Positions 54,416 through 64,000 of a stretch of 64,000 nt of DNA are shown here, piece by piece. Position numbers and translations under genes: made by a program. The first letter of the stretch is position 1. Each line of letters begins with the position of its first letter. The notes under the pieces are model-generated. The model saw only the letters and a program-made list of their open reading frames with translations. It searched no databases and was not told the DNA's origin. Source of the stretch: Pseudovirgaria hyperparasitica (Eukaryota). Location of the stretch: the NCBI GenBank assembly GCA_010093815.1, contig ML996589.1. One strand, written 5' to 3'.

Positions 54416-56222
54416 CGTGTACTAGTCTTATTATCGTACCGTTCTTCTAGATGTAGTGGTAGTAGTTAATAGGCTACTTCTAGTCGACCACGGTCGTGTA
54501 TGTAGACCAGTGTCGTATTGCTAGCGTGTGTCTACGAGCTACCCCTGACGCTAACTATTAACCTCGAGAACTACCAGAGCAGCTTAAAGACAGTCTTCCG
54601 CTACTAGAACTACGACCACTACAAGATGTGCCATATTAGCTATATTGAGTGCCTCGCGTGCAAGTAGAACATCTCGTCGAAGGTCATCTTGTGTAAGCAC
54701 GCGCAGCCCGGGAAGGTATACATTACGAACGACGAGCTGCGGTCGACCGACGTAGTCAAGTAGGTAGGTAAGAGCGCGAAGTGGTCGCTAGACCTACACG
54801 ACTACATGGACGTCATCACGGTCTATAACTACCAGCCGGCCTGCCCGAAGACCGAGTAGGACTATACGTGGGACGAGGACGTCGAACTAACGTAGTTCTT
54901 CTCGAAGTTCTAGGTCTGGCGCAACGAAGGGGTCTACAACACGACATACATGATCGAAAAATATAGCGCCATCTAGTACATGAGGAGGTTCGCATGCCTC
55001 GGTTGCTTTATAACGCCTAGAAGACCTTCTACCACTCCCCTACTAGACCATGGAGAATGGGACGCCCTTTACGGCGAGGGAGGTCCTGGTCTGAGGCGGG
55101 GTGGCCAAGTTCGTTAGGTCGGTACACAAGTACGTGTGGACCAACATCAACGTGGAGAACCTGAATGTGTACAAGGCGGACATTAACGACGCGAAGTCCC
55201 CAGTCCCGTGCAAGTAACACGACTACTGTCCCGGGCACTTGTGCTACGACGCGGACTTGGACAGCTACATGATACCATACGGGTTTGCCAGAGGCAATGA
55301 GGACACATATTCGGACAGTAGCTTGAAGAACCAGGCCGTCATGAGGTATGAGATCACGAACAGAGAGTTGGCGAACCACTACTACTCGAAGCTTGCGACT
55401 AAGCGCGGGATCTTAAGGAAGCAGAACAACGGCACCAGGCCCGTGAACAGCTTCAGGCTCGTCGCGTCGCCCCCCCTAGCGGTGTCGTTCAGGAATGGGG
55501 TGCCGTGGAAGTTGCTCGACCGCGGCTACGTGGAGGTCTCAAGGAGGGTCTTGTCGAAGGCGAACTTCATGCACCTCTCGCCCGACGGGTACTGCTCCGT
55601 GAGGAAGATCGAGGTGGGGGAGACGATCATCGTGGGGAGATGCCCATCGCAGGGTAAGAACAGCACAGTGCCGCTTAAGGTGAAGTTGGCGCCGGAAGGA
55701 AGGGGTGGACTCGATCGCGATCCCGTGGGAGCTCTGTAGACTAACGAACGCGGACTTCGACGGGGACGAGGTGTGGGGGTTGGTGCCTATGACCGTGGCG
55801 GGATCCGAGGAGGTGGAGAAGAGGTGGTTCGAGATGTGGGAGTCGAACGAGGAGCAGACCGTCTTCAACAACGCATACGAGATGGGGGTCAGGAGCAACG
55901 TCAGCAGCGAGGTGGACCCGGCCATGTTGACGACCATGACGGTCAGGGAGATGTCCGCGCACAAGGGCGGGAAGAAGTACGACAGCATGATGCTCAAGCC
56001 TACGTCGTGGTCGCAAATGTATAAGGTCATGATGTCCAAGACCTACTGGCAGTCGTCCGTGACCAGGGGCGAGAACGGCATCTTCAACGTGTATATGGGT
56101 AGGAGCTCGTTGGCGGACCCCTACGGGTACATGAGAACGGGCATTATAATGGGGTGCTGCCTCAACGTCAACGACGACAGGGTAGGGATCAACTCTTACC
56201 AGATTCTCAAGGTCCCGAAGGC
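52540..56222. mobile_element. Endogenised fragment of a cytoplasmic DNA virus or virus-like element (capping enzyme + ORF X + RNAP subunit)
   Basis: Intronless, tightly packed, strongly C/G-ending codons unlike flanks; virus-type enzyme architecture; both ends appear truncated. Confidence 0.75.
54451..55040 (+). pseudogene. ORF X: Cys-containing hypothetical protein of the same element, RIP-disrupted
   Basis: Reading VYELPLTLTINLENYQ...IECLACK*NISSKVILCKH...WDEDVEL...FACLGC; in-frame stops are TAG; same codon bias as neighbours. Confidence 0.55.
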
Positions 56223-56256
56223 ATTGAACGAAAAACAGTCATGTAGCGTGCCATAA
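55050..56256 (+). pseudogene. Divergent, compact Rpb1/beta'-like DNA-directed RNA polymerase subunit; frameshift ~55705, 3' truncated ~56222
   Basis: CPGH (55227-55238), KRGILRKQNNGTRPVNSFRLVASP (region C-like), GETIIVGRCPS (cf. NRQPS), NADFDGDE (55747-55770). Confidence 0.85.
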
Positions 56257-57229
56257 TGGCGAACCTGGAGTTGTGCGATACCGTACGGCGAAGTGCTATG
56301 AATCTATTGGTGAAAGTAAGACTGAGAAAGAGATGATACACCGGAATGGCACTTAAAGATGAATTCAGATTCGATTAAGCGAGGACAACAGGAGAGTCAG
56401 GCGATAAGAGATGATATCGAAATGCGACTGGAGTGCATGCGAGCAAACAAGAGACAAAAATATCTATGAGGCGTCATAGAACAAGTTGCTAAGCCAGTTT
56501 CGACGACCGTTAGAAGCAAGCCTTCATGACTAGGGGATCATGAGCGATGTTAATCAATCTCTTTCGGTCGTAATCTTCCATCAATAATAAAACATCTCTT
56601 TTAAGTTAAGACTGGCAACGTCGAGCCTCGCATATTACAGGTAGATTATCGTAGAGAAAACAATTCGATCACGCATAGACTTTAGAACCCTTATTCCAAA
56701 GCTTTTAAGCACCGAGGTATGGAAAGAGATAAACTAACTTGGACATGCTAAACCAATACTAATAGAACCTTTTCCAGTAGCCTCGTCGAATATCAAAACA
56801 AATGAAGGGGTATAGGATAACCCTGGCACTCGCTACGATTCGTCCCCCCACCGCATAAGCCCAGCCTTAGAGTTCGAAGCTAAAGTTACTTCTTAAGATA
56901 ATCTTAACGGGGATACTTCTACTCGAAAATGCGCTGGTCCTAAACGTGACATCGTCGAGAGTGGGGCTGAAGTCTTCAAGGCAGAAGCAGTTAGCAGCCA
57001 CATAAACGACACTGGTATTTCCATAGCCGCTTTGATATTAGCTCTGAAATACAGCGAAGGCCTAATGATTGAGTTTGTCGACAAACCTAGATTACTACAC
57101 AGTCTTATGGAGACGATCGAACCTCGCATTCTTAACCTTATTCGGCTTTTCAACGCCCCTGAATTACAGAGGTGGCAAGCTTAAGTAACAGAGGCGGCGC
57201 GCTTAAATAAGCGGCTATAACAAATCGAA

Positions 57230-57767
57230 TTGCGAACCTCCAGCTTCTTCGAGCATTGTTTCGACACTAGAATTAGGATTAACCCGGCTAGGAGAGAGAG
57301 AGGACGTTTATACGCAGATCACGCGATAGTGCTCACAGTCCTACCCAACCAGGCTTTGAAGAACCGCGCTACAAATGCCAGAATCACACGCCTCTATATC
57401 ACCTTCTTTCACGTGGTAGCTCTGCTTGCTTATCTATTGTCGTTCTTTCTGTATGTGATGGTGTTTGATTTCGCTGTGCTCGTTGCGATATCTCTCGTCA
57501 TCAGCCTGTTCTTGCACTGGGTCTGTTGTTGGTACATGGATGATGCGTAGAGAAGCAAACAACATACAGTGGTATGGGTCCAGAACTTGGTTCGGTGGTC
57601 GCAAGTTATTAGGAGGTACAATGCGAGTACTTCGTCTTTGGTACGTGATTCCACCGATTAGACCATTACATGAGGGCGAGGAAGAGCAGTTAGTGACTGA
57701 CCGAGTGTGTATGAGGGACAGTAACACGTCGATGATTACCACTACTCCACTGTTGTATTCCTCATGA
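57230..57767 (+). pseudogene. Possible membrane protein fragment
   Basis: Two hydrophobic helices in ORF 57230-57550; interrupted; no family recognised. Confidence 0.25.
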
Positions 57768-58213
57768 GCCCTGTCCTTGTGATTATGTGTTTTTCGCGAG
57801 ATTTTCGGATCTAGAAACAGATACGGGCATCAGGGCCATTGGCGACTGAGGACAAAAACGAGCGGCGATTGGTAAGAGCTTCAGCCATAACAACAGAGTA
57901 ATCATCCTCTGATGCCTGTGCAGACTATACATCTTACGCTTGAGCTCGCGTAACGCGACTATATGTGTAAACACTTGGTCTCGATGGTATAGTAGGATGC
58001 CAATTGTTCCTGTTGTTTCCTTGCTCTTGAGCCACGTTTCTTGCTACCTACGTCGCGCGGGATAATGTAAGTCGTGCTTCTAGTGCAGTCGAATGCGTCA
58101 GAGACGGCATAATAAGACTTCGGATGCTCACTACATGTAATACGATGTGTACCTCTGCTAAGCGCATTGTCTTCATAACCTTTTCTACTGACTGTTTGGT
58201 GCTAATGATCGAA

Positions 58214-59251
58214 CTAGTGACAACAACTTCGGCTGGGTGGTGATCGGATCAGCCTCGCCATTGCGACGAGCAAAGTCGTGGCGTGCGAGATTCGAACAAC
58301 CGCGTAGTATCTGTGTGCTCGTCGTGGTCGTAGTGTATAACGGCGCGATGCTAAGAGGGAAGACGATAGCCTTAACAGCGAGTGAATGGCCTGCACTGTT
58401 CCGTGCTGTGTCCACCATTTACCGCATGCTCTGCCCGTCCATATCTCTTGGTGGTCCTTGACCGTCCACGCTATGCGGAGGTCGTTTCCTCTTCCCTTCC
58501 CATGGGGGCGATAGTCTTCATTATCCGAGTCGTCCCCCTCATCCCAATCCGACAAGCCCTGCCCACTATTAACATTGCCTCTCGGCCTCTGAAATAGCAC
58601 TAGAGCCTGCCTGAGGCATTCCAGGCCTTCACGGGTGACGGCCTCGACCTCCTCCCTTGTCGAGAACCATGGAGTCATCCTCACCGAGGAAGGTTCTTCG
58701 GATAAGTCAGCCATGGACATGATATCTGAACCACACAAGGAGGATTGCTCTGACGATGCATTCTCCATCTTCACGCTTAGAGACGCATTGCGGCGATCAG
58801 GACAACCAAGACTCGTCGCATCTTTCCTGGCTTTAGGCCCTGCTGACCTTGCCAGGATCAAGCGATGACCAGTTTCAATACGCTGCGCAGTCTTGTCAGT
58901 GTCAAGCCCAATGGGTTCTGTTGCAGTACATACTTTGTGGGGTGCAATACTATGGTCTACCGTGCTGCCTTCCTGCTGCGTCCTGAGTCCACCTCTCATC
59001 GTTGACGTGAGTGTACCCCATGAGGTAGTAACAGCCACACCTCCTAGTGTGACTTGAGAGGTAGAGGCGTTTGCTGAGACACGCTGGGGACCGGGACACA
59101 GGAATGTTCCAAGTCTCCAAGACCTACTTCGAGTGTTGTACGCACGCTGCGAACAAACTCCCAGAAGCTGTGCTTGCCAAGTCCAAAATAGACGTCGTAC
59201 TGCGCGGTCAACCCTGACTTGATATCTAACAAGACAAATTAGCACGACCAA
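58214..59251 (-). CDS. Possible hypothetical protein
   Basis: 345-codon open frame with non-ATG start; no recognised motif. Confidence 0.25.
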   Translation of the reverse strand: MVVLICLVRYQVRVDRAVRRLFWTWQAQLLGVCSQRAYNTRSRSWRLGTFLCPGPQRVSANASTSQVTLGGVAVTTSWGTLTSTMRGGLRTQQEGSTVDHSIAPHKVCTATEPIGLDTDKTAQRIETGHRLILARSAGPKARKDATSLGCPDRRNASLSVKMENASSEQSSLCGSDIMSMADLSEEPSSVRMTPWFSTREEVEAVTREGLECLRQALVLFQRPRGNVNSGQGLSDWDEGDDSDNEDYRPHGKGRGNDLRIAWTVKDHQEIWTGRACGKWWTQHGTVQAIHSLLRLSSSLLASRRYTLRPRRAHRYYAVVRISHATTLLVAMARLIRSPPSRSCCH

Positions 59252-59812
59252 CGGTGCTCCGCCATCAGTTAGCGTTCTTGACCCTGGGAGCCGTCGTAGA
59301 AACCCTTCTGAGGCTGCCTGGGGTCTATGTCGATGCTTTTAGTCGTCATCTACAGTGCTGCTATGATTATAGACCGAGTGGACTCTAGGAGGACGTTCCA
59401 TCCTGGAATGATAATAGAGCCGTCGGCCAGAATCGCGAAGATCACGTTGACAACATCTGAATCTGGCGTGAGTCCTAGCACCTCTCCAATATCGACATTC
59501 CAGGAGCGATGGGGTTGCTTCAGTCAATGTTGGAGCCTCTTCCCCGTTAAATGGTCCTCTAGGTCTCTGGAGAGGGTTTTCAGCCATGCGCACCTGTCTC
59601 TCGACCGCTTGCGACCGACAATAAACCATGTATATGTCCTATAATTGAATTGATGGGGTACGTCTGCATGGGGATTGTGTCCTGTTTAATGCTGGTCTGC
59701 GCATCGACGTCCACAGAATTTTGACCGGAACCAGGAGTAGGAGTACCTCGGACGTTCGCAGGCCAAGTTGCACCTGGTTCAAGCTCTGAACCACCATGTA
59801 TGGCGACTCCGA

Positions 59813-59886
59813 CATCCTGCAGTAAGGCCTCGCGACCTGCTGGACTCGGGCATCCTGCAGTAAGGCCTCGCGACCTGCTAGACTCA
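59813..59886. repeat. Local ~35-bp direct duplication (catcctgcagtaaggcctcgcgacctgct)
   Basis: Two adjacent near-identical copies. Confidence 0.8.
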
Positions 59887-61185
59887 GACTCCTGAGTGCG
59901 AGTACACGTTCGCAGAGTACACGGAGCTCGGAATTGAGGCTGTTGGGTGCGAAGCAATGGGAGAGGAAACTCACGATGCCAGAAGTTCGCTGTGTGTGGC
60001 GACGCTGCACAGTTGATTTGGGCGCCAGGAAAGGTATCTTTGTAGTGTGATGGAGGTTTCGCAAGTTCGTTTCGGCTACCACAGGCAACCGATTATGTAT
60101 AAGCGGTTCAGATGCGGCAAAGCCGTGTGCTTTGTGCTGGCCAGGTTTGTCTTCCCCTATCATCTATCGCTGGTAATTCACCAGTCACGAAAACCAGAGG
60201 CCAGCCACACAAAATCATGTTCATATCGTAAACTACACCTCAAACATGGATGGATTTTCTAAGCCCAATGAGTTTGTTTATCCATTTTTATAGCGTCAAT
60301 TCATTTAGTTCGAGCGACTAGGTCAGCACGAGGGGATAGTCGATAGCCAAAGCACTCCTACACGATCTCTGCTTCGTGGACTCCTCGCGGAAAGCTGCGG
60401 CTCTTACGAGCGAGTTCCATTCCGCATTCCTAGCGAAGCGCGTGGATCCACTCAGAAGAAGACCCATACCTGACGAGTTACAATGCCGACTGGCCCAGAC
60501 CTGGCACAACACCCAACCGCAGCTCGCGCGGATGCATCTTCACCAGCACGACAAGACCCATGCAATTCTGGCCAAGGGGGTGCAGAGTCTGGATGAGTTG
60601 AATGCAAGGCTAATCAGTGCAAGAGCGATAGCCGTCAGGGCAGATGTCGGGGATCGCAATGAGGAGGAAGCGAAGAGGCTGGTCTTCATCGGAGCATACC
60701 GCGTACTTGATGCGCTGATGTGGAGGAGATCTTGAAAGCCATCATAGAAGGTTATTTGGCGGGCGAAAGGGCAGGCGTAGAGACTGATGGATAAGCGAAG
60801 TTATTGTCTACAGGACCAAAGAGAGTAGCCTAGCTCATAACGACCCGCAATACAGGAGGAGTCATTAATAGCGTTGTGGGCATACTCTATAAAAGATATG
60901 CTCACGGAAGAGTTGTTCAACCTGGTGTCTTACTTCCGTCATATCTCCTTTCATGGCTGCGTGATAGCATTATTCCACTTCTAACCGTCTCTTGTATCCT
61001 GGTGATTAGAGCGCATCGGCGAAGGCGGAAAGGCTGGGATCGTTTCTTGCATGGTAATTGATGAGATGGTCATAAAGCGGGAATTGATGACATTATAAAC
61101 AGACAAAAGACGAGAGGAATGGGCTTGACCTAATTAGCTAGGGATTGGAGGATAACGACCCGCTGACTAGACAGTGACTAAGCCC

Positions 61186-61266
61186 AGATTATGCGCTGAC
61201 TATGTGCTGAATAAGCACGAGTTAGGCACAGATTAAGCGCTGATTAAGCACTGATTAAGCGATGAT
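61186..61266. repeat. Degenerate 11-bp tandem repeat (gattaagcgct), ~7 copies
   Basis: Direct reading. Confidence 0.65.
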
Positions 61267-61999
61267 AGCGAGCTGGAGGCTGGGATCAGCAACCTTGCTC
61301 AATCAACAACCTTACCACTACCGTCTATCACTTCCGAATCTCTATATATAACACTTCAGCAGCGCGAGGCTATAGCTGGGGGTGGCCATGAGGTGTCTGA
61401 TTCTAGTTGCAATCAATGCATAAGGAGACTAATTCCCTTCATCTTTTTTGCCCCAATCAAAGACAACTGGCACAAAGAAGTGCTTCACAGCATTCATCAC
61501 TCGTATGCTATTACCTTATGCTGCGATACTATCACATGCCGCACGATAGTAACGAGGAAGATTTGAACGCAGGAGACAACCATATTCGATGGTCCACTGG
61601 AAAACTACTGGATTACCACCGTCCATGTCAGGTGTATTTCCCCGATGTCTCTACTTCCTGGGTCGTCTATGCTGCATTTCGTGCTTCTATTACACTTCCT
61701 AACCGGTAAGACATTATGTAGGCCTCTCTCTTCAATGCGACATCTCTCTATAATAGAGGTGGCATCGGGGTTAGACTAACTTTTTAATTCCATGTTCTGA
61801 CACTATACCCTAAAACCCCATCACTCCCTCGATGCTTATTAATTTTCCATCTTTCCTAATACTTATAATTCTAATACTAGTAACTGAACTAATAGTCCCG
61901 ATTCTTAAGATTACGCCAGTCTAGCGCTATCATGATATTAGCATTGAGCTCTATTAGGGCTGTCTTGAATTTATCTTATTACTCGAACCTTTTTATCGT

Positions 62000-62937
62000 T
62001 ATATACTTTTCTTCATCTAGAAACCAGAAGACCACCCACAGTCCTGACGTTCCAGTTCATCGCCGGTATAAAGCGGTTGGTCTTACTCTTTGTTTGGCCG
62101 TAGACTAAGGCTACATAGGCTATTATGGCCCTACACCTTCTGCGGCATCGGAAGCTTCCCAAGATGCTGTCCGAACAGAAAACAGTGTTTTGGAGAACGC
62201 TGTGACACATTGGGAGACAGTGATGCAGCATACAGCCCTCTGTACGAGACGGGGCTTTATGTAACTTTGCGATGGATGTAGAATACAGATCATCTTACTT
62301 CTACCAATCGAGAAGGTCGCCTTAGGTGATGCTCCACCTGGCAGAGTTGTCACTTTGGCGTACATCTGGACTTATACCGTTGTCCCGTTGAACAAGATAG
62401 CACGCTTGCGCTCCGAAACTGCAAAGGAAATTAATGACCTTGCCCGCGTCCCTGCTCTCACTCAGACCAAATCAACTGTTTTCAATCACCCAAGTGCGAG
62501 CGAACTCAAGGTATCCCGTGGGCAGGTGGAGTTTTGCAGCGTTGAATTCGCTAACAGACAAAGCAAGAAAGGAACGCTGGATATTTTCAGCTTCACCGCG
62601 ACGGCTAACAAGACCGTTCCCTTGATTGGTGATCAGGAGATAAAGACGCCAGTCTTGATGATTTACGTGGTTGTCTCAGTATCGCTCCATAAAACCCTGT
62701 TTTTTCCAATCGAACAATAGCCGAAGAAGCTCGGTATTGAAGAACCGATGCGAAATTTGTGAGGCGTGTAAAGTCGCGGCTTTTTCTGATGAGATCATAA
62801 CACAGCCCCAAGGTTACAAAACTACAGTGTGTCGGCAAGGCGTACAGCTCTCAGACGGCGAAATCCAATGTTTAGCTATCGGTCGCGCCCTCATGTCCTC
62901 TGCGATCCGTCTTGCGCCGTGCTTTCCAAGTCTTTAG
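62000..62937 (+). pseudogene. ABCB half-transporter (HMT1/ATM1-like) pseudogene
   Basis: LKVSRGQVEFCSVEF...FTATANKTVPLIG (degenerate Walker A region) and PQGYKTTV...GVQLSDGEIQCLAIGRAL (degenerate LSGGE signature); frameshifts and deletions. Confidence 0.7.
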
Positions 62938-64000
62938 CGCCTCGCGGATTAGTGTCGGTGTGCTCGAGAGCGTGAGTTGGAGATAAATCATTCCACCGTC
63001 CAATGAATGCAAGGTAGAGTCTTTAGAAGAACATTCCAATCTTCTAGATCGTATGAAGGGGTACACAGAGATAAATCAGAATTACTCGCCAAACGAATGG
63101 CAGGAGTCGCGGCAACGAGAAAAGAGACCAAGTCAACGGTTCCGGCCTAATGCCAGAAGAACAAGACAGCAGAGCGTTAGTAAATCCTAGTCTCACTTAT
63201 GACAGCTTGTAAGACGAGAGATTCTCCGGTTCCTGCCTTTGAGATCGTACACATATCATTTCCGACATGTTCATCCTCTTCGGCGCTGTCATGACTTGAT
63301 TGACATGGATGGTCCTAGAGCGTCCAACCGCTCTGATTAGCTGGGGAGGGGCGATTGTGATTGTACGTTGGTTTTAGCATGCCTGCTTGGATTTATAGCC
63401 CCCATAGAAGAGCATGGTGTAGTACAAGGCGAGCATCACTGCTGCCTGGATCCGTGATAGCGACAGCGATGATGAAAGGCCATTGGAGCGAGGCAAACAT
63501 CTCAAGCCATTCTTCCTTTCATTGGTCTCCTATACTTCATAGCTTGCGTGCCGGAGTCCACGCTCGCTGTATGATGGACATACAAAGAGCAAACGCCAAC
63601 ATTGAGAGAAAATTATAGTTTAGTTCATAATGTCAAAGCGTGTTATACTCGTGCACAGCCCACACACTCACAAGCCGTTAACAAGCGAAGCTATTCTCTT
63701 ATGAACAGACATAAATGAAGCTGCCACATACGAGCATTTCATTCTTATGCAATAATGCGCATACTGTCCATTTAGGAACAAGGGTCAAGGAATCTACGGC
63801 ATGAAGCATTCAATTTAGCGCTGTCTTGGACCACTGAATCATAGAAAGTATCTTGCTCCTGGTATTATGCCCAACACGTCCAAGACGACAGGGCCGGTAG
63901 TTTGGGGTTATGGGGCGTGGTGTTGAATTTGGATGTACACGGCCAATAGGAAGGAAGGATGTGGCCGAGTTGTTTGCGTTTGCGAGGGAAGAGTGGTTGC

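Noticed and set aside
55050..56256. Host RPB1/RPA1/RPC1 gene or fungal RdRP (QDE-1-like DxDGD)
   Set aside because: Far too short, divergent and intronless for a host subunit; CPGH and region C motifs are DNA-dependent RNAP features, not RdRP.
17000..64000. Starship captain (DUF3435 tyrosine recombinase) or element boundary
   Set aside because: No recognisable captain motifs or termini seen; Starship membership remains speculation.

Overview
Fungal (Pezizomycotina-type) accessory region with strong RIP (CpA->TpA) signatures. 1-17 kb is an AT-rich nest of RIP-decayed retroelements: three Tad1-like LINE copies, a Ty3/gypsy integrase-chromodomain remnant, a tRNA-headed SINE, a TRIM-like mini LTR element and a solo LTR, several with readable TSDs. 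17-52 kb holds decayed and intact orphan genes, a paralog pair, three restriction-endonuclease-fold-like genes, two kinase-like genes and one intact ZNFX1-like helicase/NF-X1/RZ-finger gene. The main discovery is at ~52.5-56.2 kb: a compact, intronless, GC3-rich, RIP-damaged block. By manual translation through stops and frameshifts it encodes a trifunctional mRNA capping enzyme (triphosphatase + KxDG guanylyltransferase + methyltransferase) divergent from a Cys-rich ORF and a miniaturised Rpb1/beta'-like RNA polymerase subunit (CPGH...NADFDGD). This looks like an endogenised self-contained transcription module of a cytoplasmic DNA virus or virus-like linear element. The window ends with an ABC-transporter pseudogene. 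All calls come from motif reading by eye; no database searches were run.
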